A stretch of 18,311 bases of DNA, taken from Amoebidium appalachense. Lineage: Eukaryota > Protista > Ichthyosporea. Location of the stretch: NCBI GenBank assembly GCA_963693365.1, contig CAVNZM010000016.1:1274251-1292561 (forward strand), given 5' to 3'. The notes beneath the pieces were generated by a model that did no database searches, was not told the origin of the DNA, and was given only the letters and a program-made list of their open reading frames with translations. Shown here piece after piece: positions 1 through 18,311 of the stretch; the first letter of the stretch is position 1, and every line of letters starts with the position of its first letter. The translations under genes were made by a program, and so were the position numbers.

Positions 1-236
1 ATTCCTTTTTCACCCACCCACCTACACCCACACTCAACCCCATTGATCCACACATACGTGGTGTTTTTTTTTTCACGGGGCGAAGACTTCCCCCGTTTTT
101 TTTGGGCACAAGGACCTCACGGATCAATAAATTGATGACTGGGGGCTTGCCGTGGTTTACAACCATTGCAGGTTCACTTTCGTCCAAGGGGATGTCCCCC
201 TAGAGGCAACACACGTCCCGGAGTAGTTTTCATAGA
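1..236 (+). mobile_element. 3' terminus (end of A2 plus 89-bp B2 repeat) of a Ngaro/PAT-like tyrosine-recombinase retrotransposon, truncated by window edge
   Basis: Near-identical reverse complement of 16981-17212. Bases 148-236 match the B repeats at 16981-17069 and 17548-17636. Similarity ends abruptly at TTTTCATAGA(A). Confidence 0.88.
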
Positions 237-543
237 ACACACCAATTGCAGTTAAACATAAATCTTACTTCACACAACTAAAAATATTCTGAGAATATCC
301 GGGAATAAAGCACACTACCACTCTAAGAATAGAATCCTATGGCAAATATAGACATGACATCATCTGAACCGGGAATATTAATTAATGAGCACAATTAGCA
401 CGTTGCTAGTGAAGCTCGTCATTGGTACAGTTTTGGCTCAAACATATAACTACCATATACGAATATGACCGTAAACAAAAGCTCTATGCACTCGAGTGAG
501 TGTTGAAACAATTATTCAATTGCTCAGAAACTTTCTCTAACAG

Positions 544-589
544 ACATTGCTAGCCTGGAGTACCAGTGTACTCCAACAGGGTTGTGCTG
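544..589 (+). CDS. Tentative upstream exon (xIASLEYQCTPT)
   Basis: CTAACAG acceptor at 537-543. Peptide resembles a Greek-key end. The GT donor at 591 is 1 nt out of phase with the next exon. Confidence 0.3.
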
Positions 590-889
590 CTCTGCACAGG
601 TTTTCACTCTTCAAGTAATGGTTTTCAGCAAGCAGTCTACTCTGTTGGTAGGTTTAGAAATTTTTTATTTCTAATGTTCGAGTTTTATTGGGTGTGCTGT
701 TTGCGCATACTTTCCCGAAGTTTTCAAATCATGGTTTGCGTCAAGGATCTTACTCTCCCACTTACTAATTTCTTGTTATGCGATTTGGTGGCGAGATGTG
801 ATGGGTTAGTATTAAATAAGTGACTATAACTGTGTGCTTCAAGGTCTTTTGTCCTGTTTTAACCCTCTATGTATCCTAACCCCACACAG

Positions 890-16831
<15,942 letters not shown>

Positions 16832-16980
16832 GTAAGTAACCCCCCCCCCCAAAAAAAAAAAATAAATAAATAAATAAATAAATAAATAAATGAATGAATA
16901 GATATATCAATGAATAAATAAAATAGAAAATAGATATCATCGAAAGAAATGAAATACTAACTCGGCTTTCTTTCTTTTTT

Positions 16981-17069
16981 TCTATGAAAACTATTCCGGG
17001 ACGTGTGTTGCCTCTAGGGGGACATCACCTTGGACGAAAGTGAACTTGCAATGGTTGTAAACCACGGCA
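16981..17069 (-). repeat. B2 split direct repeat (89 bp)
   Basis: Four mismatches to 17548-17636 by manual comparison. Confidence 0.93.
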
Positions 17070-17285
17070 AGCCCCCAGTCATCAATTTTATTGATCCGTG
17101 AGGTCCTTGTGCCCAAAAAGCGGGGGAAGTCTTCGCCCCGTGAAAAAACAGCACGTATGTGTGGATCAATGGGGGTTGAGTGTGGGTGTAGGTGGGTGGG
17201 TGAAAAGAAAATATAGCTGTAGGGCTGTAGGTGCTCAACACAGAAGATGTGTTCGTAGCTTGCTGATCTGCTAAAAACTGTCGTG

Positions 17286-17433
17286 CTTATATACCTAAGC
17301 CTGCTGATCTGAACTAATCAAAATCGATCTACTGATATGTGAAATCTGATCCGAGCCAATCAAAATCGGTCTAGTGATATGTGGAATCTGACGTTTTGTT
17401 TGGCTAATAGGTGCCCGTGTGCGGGCAGCCAAT
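17286..17433 (-). promoter_or_regulatory. Putative Pol II promoter in the A repeat (TATATAAG plus two reverse-orientation CCAAT boxes)
   Basis: Minus-strand TATATAAG at 17293-17286. AGCCAATC motifs at about 17354-17361 and 17427-17434. Motif evidence only. Confidence 0.5.
17305..17388. repeat. Two tandem 42-bp imperfect copies within the A repeat
   Basis: TGATCTGAACTAATCAAAATCGATCTACTGATATGTGAAATC versus TGATCCGAGCCAATCAAAATCGGTCTAGTGATATGTGGAATC. Confidence 0.88.
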
Positions 17434-17547
17434 CGCGAGCTGCTAAAACACGAAACGAAGCCTACATGGTTATGTCGATACCGAACACCCATCCTACGTG
17501 TTTTACCCAGAAAAATATTTATGTCAATAAATTCCACAAATAAAACC

Positions 17548-17636
17548 TCTATGAAAACTACTCCGGGACGTGTGTTGCCTCTAGGGGGGCATCCCCTTGG
17601 ACGAAAGTGAACCTGCAATGGTTGTAAACCACGGCA
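17548..17636 (-). repeat. B1 split direct repeat (89 bp)
   Basis: Direct repeat of 16981-17069, beginning about 29 bp after the YR stop codon. Confidence 0.93.
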
Positions 17637-17664
17637 CGAGAGCAGTATGCTTGCTCCAAAGGTT

Positions 17665-18309
17665 TCACTTAAGAATAGAGGCGAATACACGCTTGGTAGT
17701 GGCAGCAATGGAGGCCGGGCGAAGTCGAGTATAGATCAGGAAACAGTCGGAGGACCATCGGCCGAGTTGTTTGATCCGGGAGTCGTCGACCCCGGCCTCA
17801 GCCAGGGCTGTGGCCCCCCCAATTCGGAGGCTGTGGCCGGCAAACCGGGAGGGTGAGAGGCCAGCCCGGGAGAGGAGGGCACGGAAGTCGGCAGAGAAAG
17901 CACCCTTGGTGTAGGGAATGCCACCGAGACTGAACAGGGGGTCGTCGGGTTGGCCGGACGTTGTATCCAGGAACTGCCGGAGGAGATGGGCTGGGGAGAA
18001 GTGGATGAGAGGCAGGGCAGCTAGAGTGACGTTGACACCTCGGGCCTGTACATCCGTCTTGGAGGTGGGCAGGTGGAGGGTGGCATGGGACAAAGTACCG
18101 GTGGGGGTGTAGCTGAAGGTCACGTCCTTCCGTTTAACGTGACGGGACGGGTCGAAGGAAGTCAGGGTCTTGGAGGTAAATTCCACCGAACGGAGGACAC
18201 CACAAAAACCGACGATGAGGACCGTCCATAGCCGGAGATTGGCCGAGGAGGCCTCGGTAGGGCACTGGCCATGGAGTAGGCCGAGGTGGGAGGGCAGAAG
18301 GGGCTCCCT
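17665..18309 (-). CDS. Tyrosine recombinase of a DIRS/Ngaro-type retrotransposon (C-terminal catalytic domain, 5' truncated by window)
   Basis: The frame stays open beyond 18186 to the window edge (REPLLPSHL...GFCGVLRSVEFT). Catalytic motifs present: LRxxE, SKTD, GHSLRIGGAT, LGRWSS, LIYTR. Confidence 0.95.
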   Translation of the reverse strand, partial: REPLLPSHLGLLHGQCPTEASSANLRLWTVLIVGFCGVLRSVEFTSKTLTSFDPSRHVKRKDVTFSYTPTGTLSHATLHLPTSKTDVQARGVNVTLAALPLIHFSPAHLLRQFLDTTSGQPDDPLFSLGGIPYTKGAFSADFRALLSRAGLSPSRFAGHSLRIGGATALAEAGVDDSRIKQLGRWSSDCFLIYTRLRPASIAATTKRVFASILK

Positions 18310-18311
18310 GG

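Larger units (their letters stand above)
16981..18311 (-). mobile_element. 3' part of a tyrosine-recombinase (DIRS-order) retrotransposon with split direct repeats, Ngaro/PAT-like: YR ORF-B1-A2-B2
   Basis: The YR ORF is followed on the minus strand by an 89-bp repeat (17636-17548), a 478-bp spacer and a second copy of the repeat (17069-16981). This is the B1-A2-B2 layout. RT/RNase H and A1 would lie outside the window. Confidence 0.88.

Noticed and set aside
76-103. Rho-independent terminator-like hairpin plus T-run
   Set aside because: The context is a eukaryotic retroelement. Recorded only as a hairpin.
17030-17090. Hammerhead ribozyme suggested by GGACGAAA
   Set aside because: No CTGANGA core is correctly placed on the same strand.
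17295-18112. Additional ORFs overlapping the YR gene and the A/B repeats
   Set aside because: No recognisable motifs. They are shadow frames of GC-rich coding DNA or span terminal repeats.
17665-18311. Phage integrase or bacterial contamination
   Set aside because: The HSLRIGGAT/LGRWSS motifs and split direct repeats fit DIRS-order retroelements, and the sequence is contiguous with intron DNA.

Overview
Eukaryotic genomic DNA with spliceosomal GT-AG introns, CTAAC/CTAAT branch points and microsatellite-rich introns. The organism cannot be identified from the sequence. Almost all long ORFs in the track are low-complexity artefacts. Manual splicing reveals at least 23 exons (890-16831, + strand) of one large multidomain gene whose start and end are not visible: Gly/Ser/Pro linker, beta/gamma-crystallin-like Greek-key region, F-type lectin (FTL) 1, PAN/apple, then FTL2-FTL5. 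Only FTL4 and FTL5 keep the His...RxDxxxxR fucose-binding signature. The assembled frame has seven lesions: five 1-nt indels, mostly in homopolymers, one in-frame TAA and one 4-nt insertion. The gene is therefore either error-laden assembly or a young pseudogene. The exon block is bracketed by two copies of one tyrosine-recombinase retrotransposon (Ngaro/PAT-type split direct repeats) in inverted, tail-to-tail orientation. Bases 1-236 are the 3' end of one copy; 16981-18311 (-) carries YR ORF-B1-A2-B2. Introns show C-runs after donors, complementary (GT)n...(CA)n ends and repeated tandem duplication of splice junctions.
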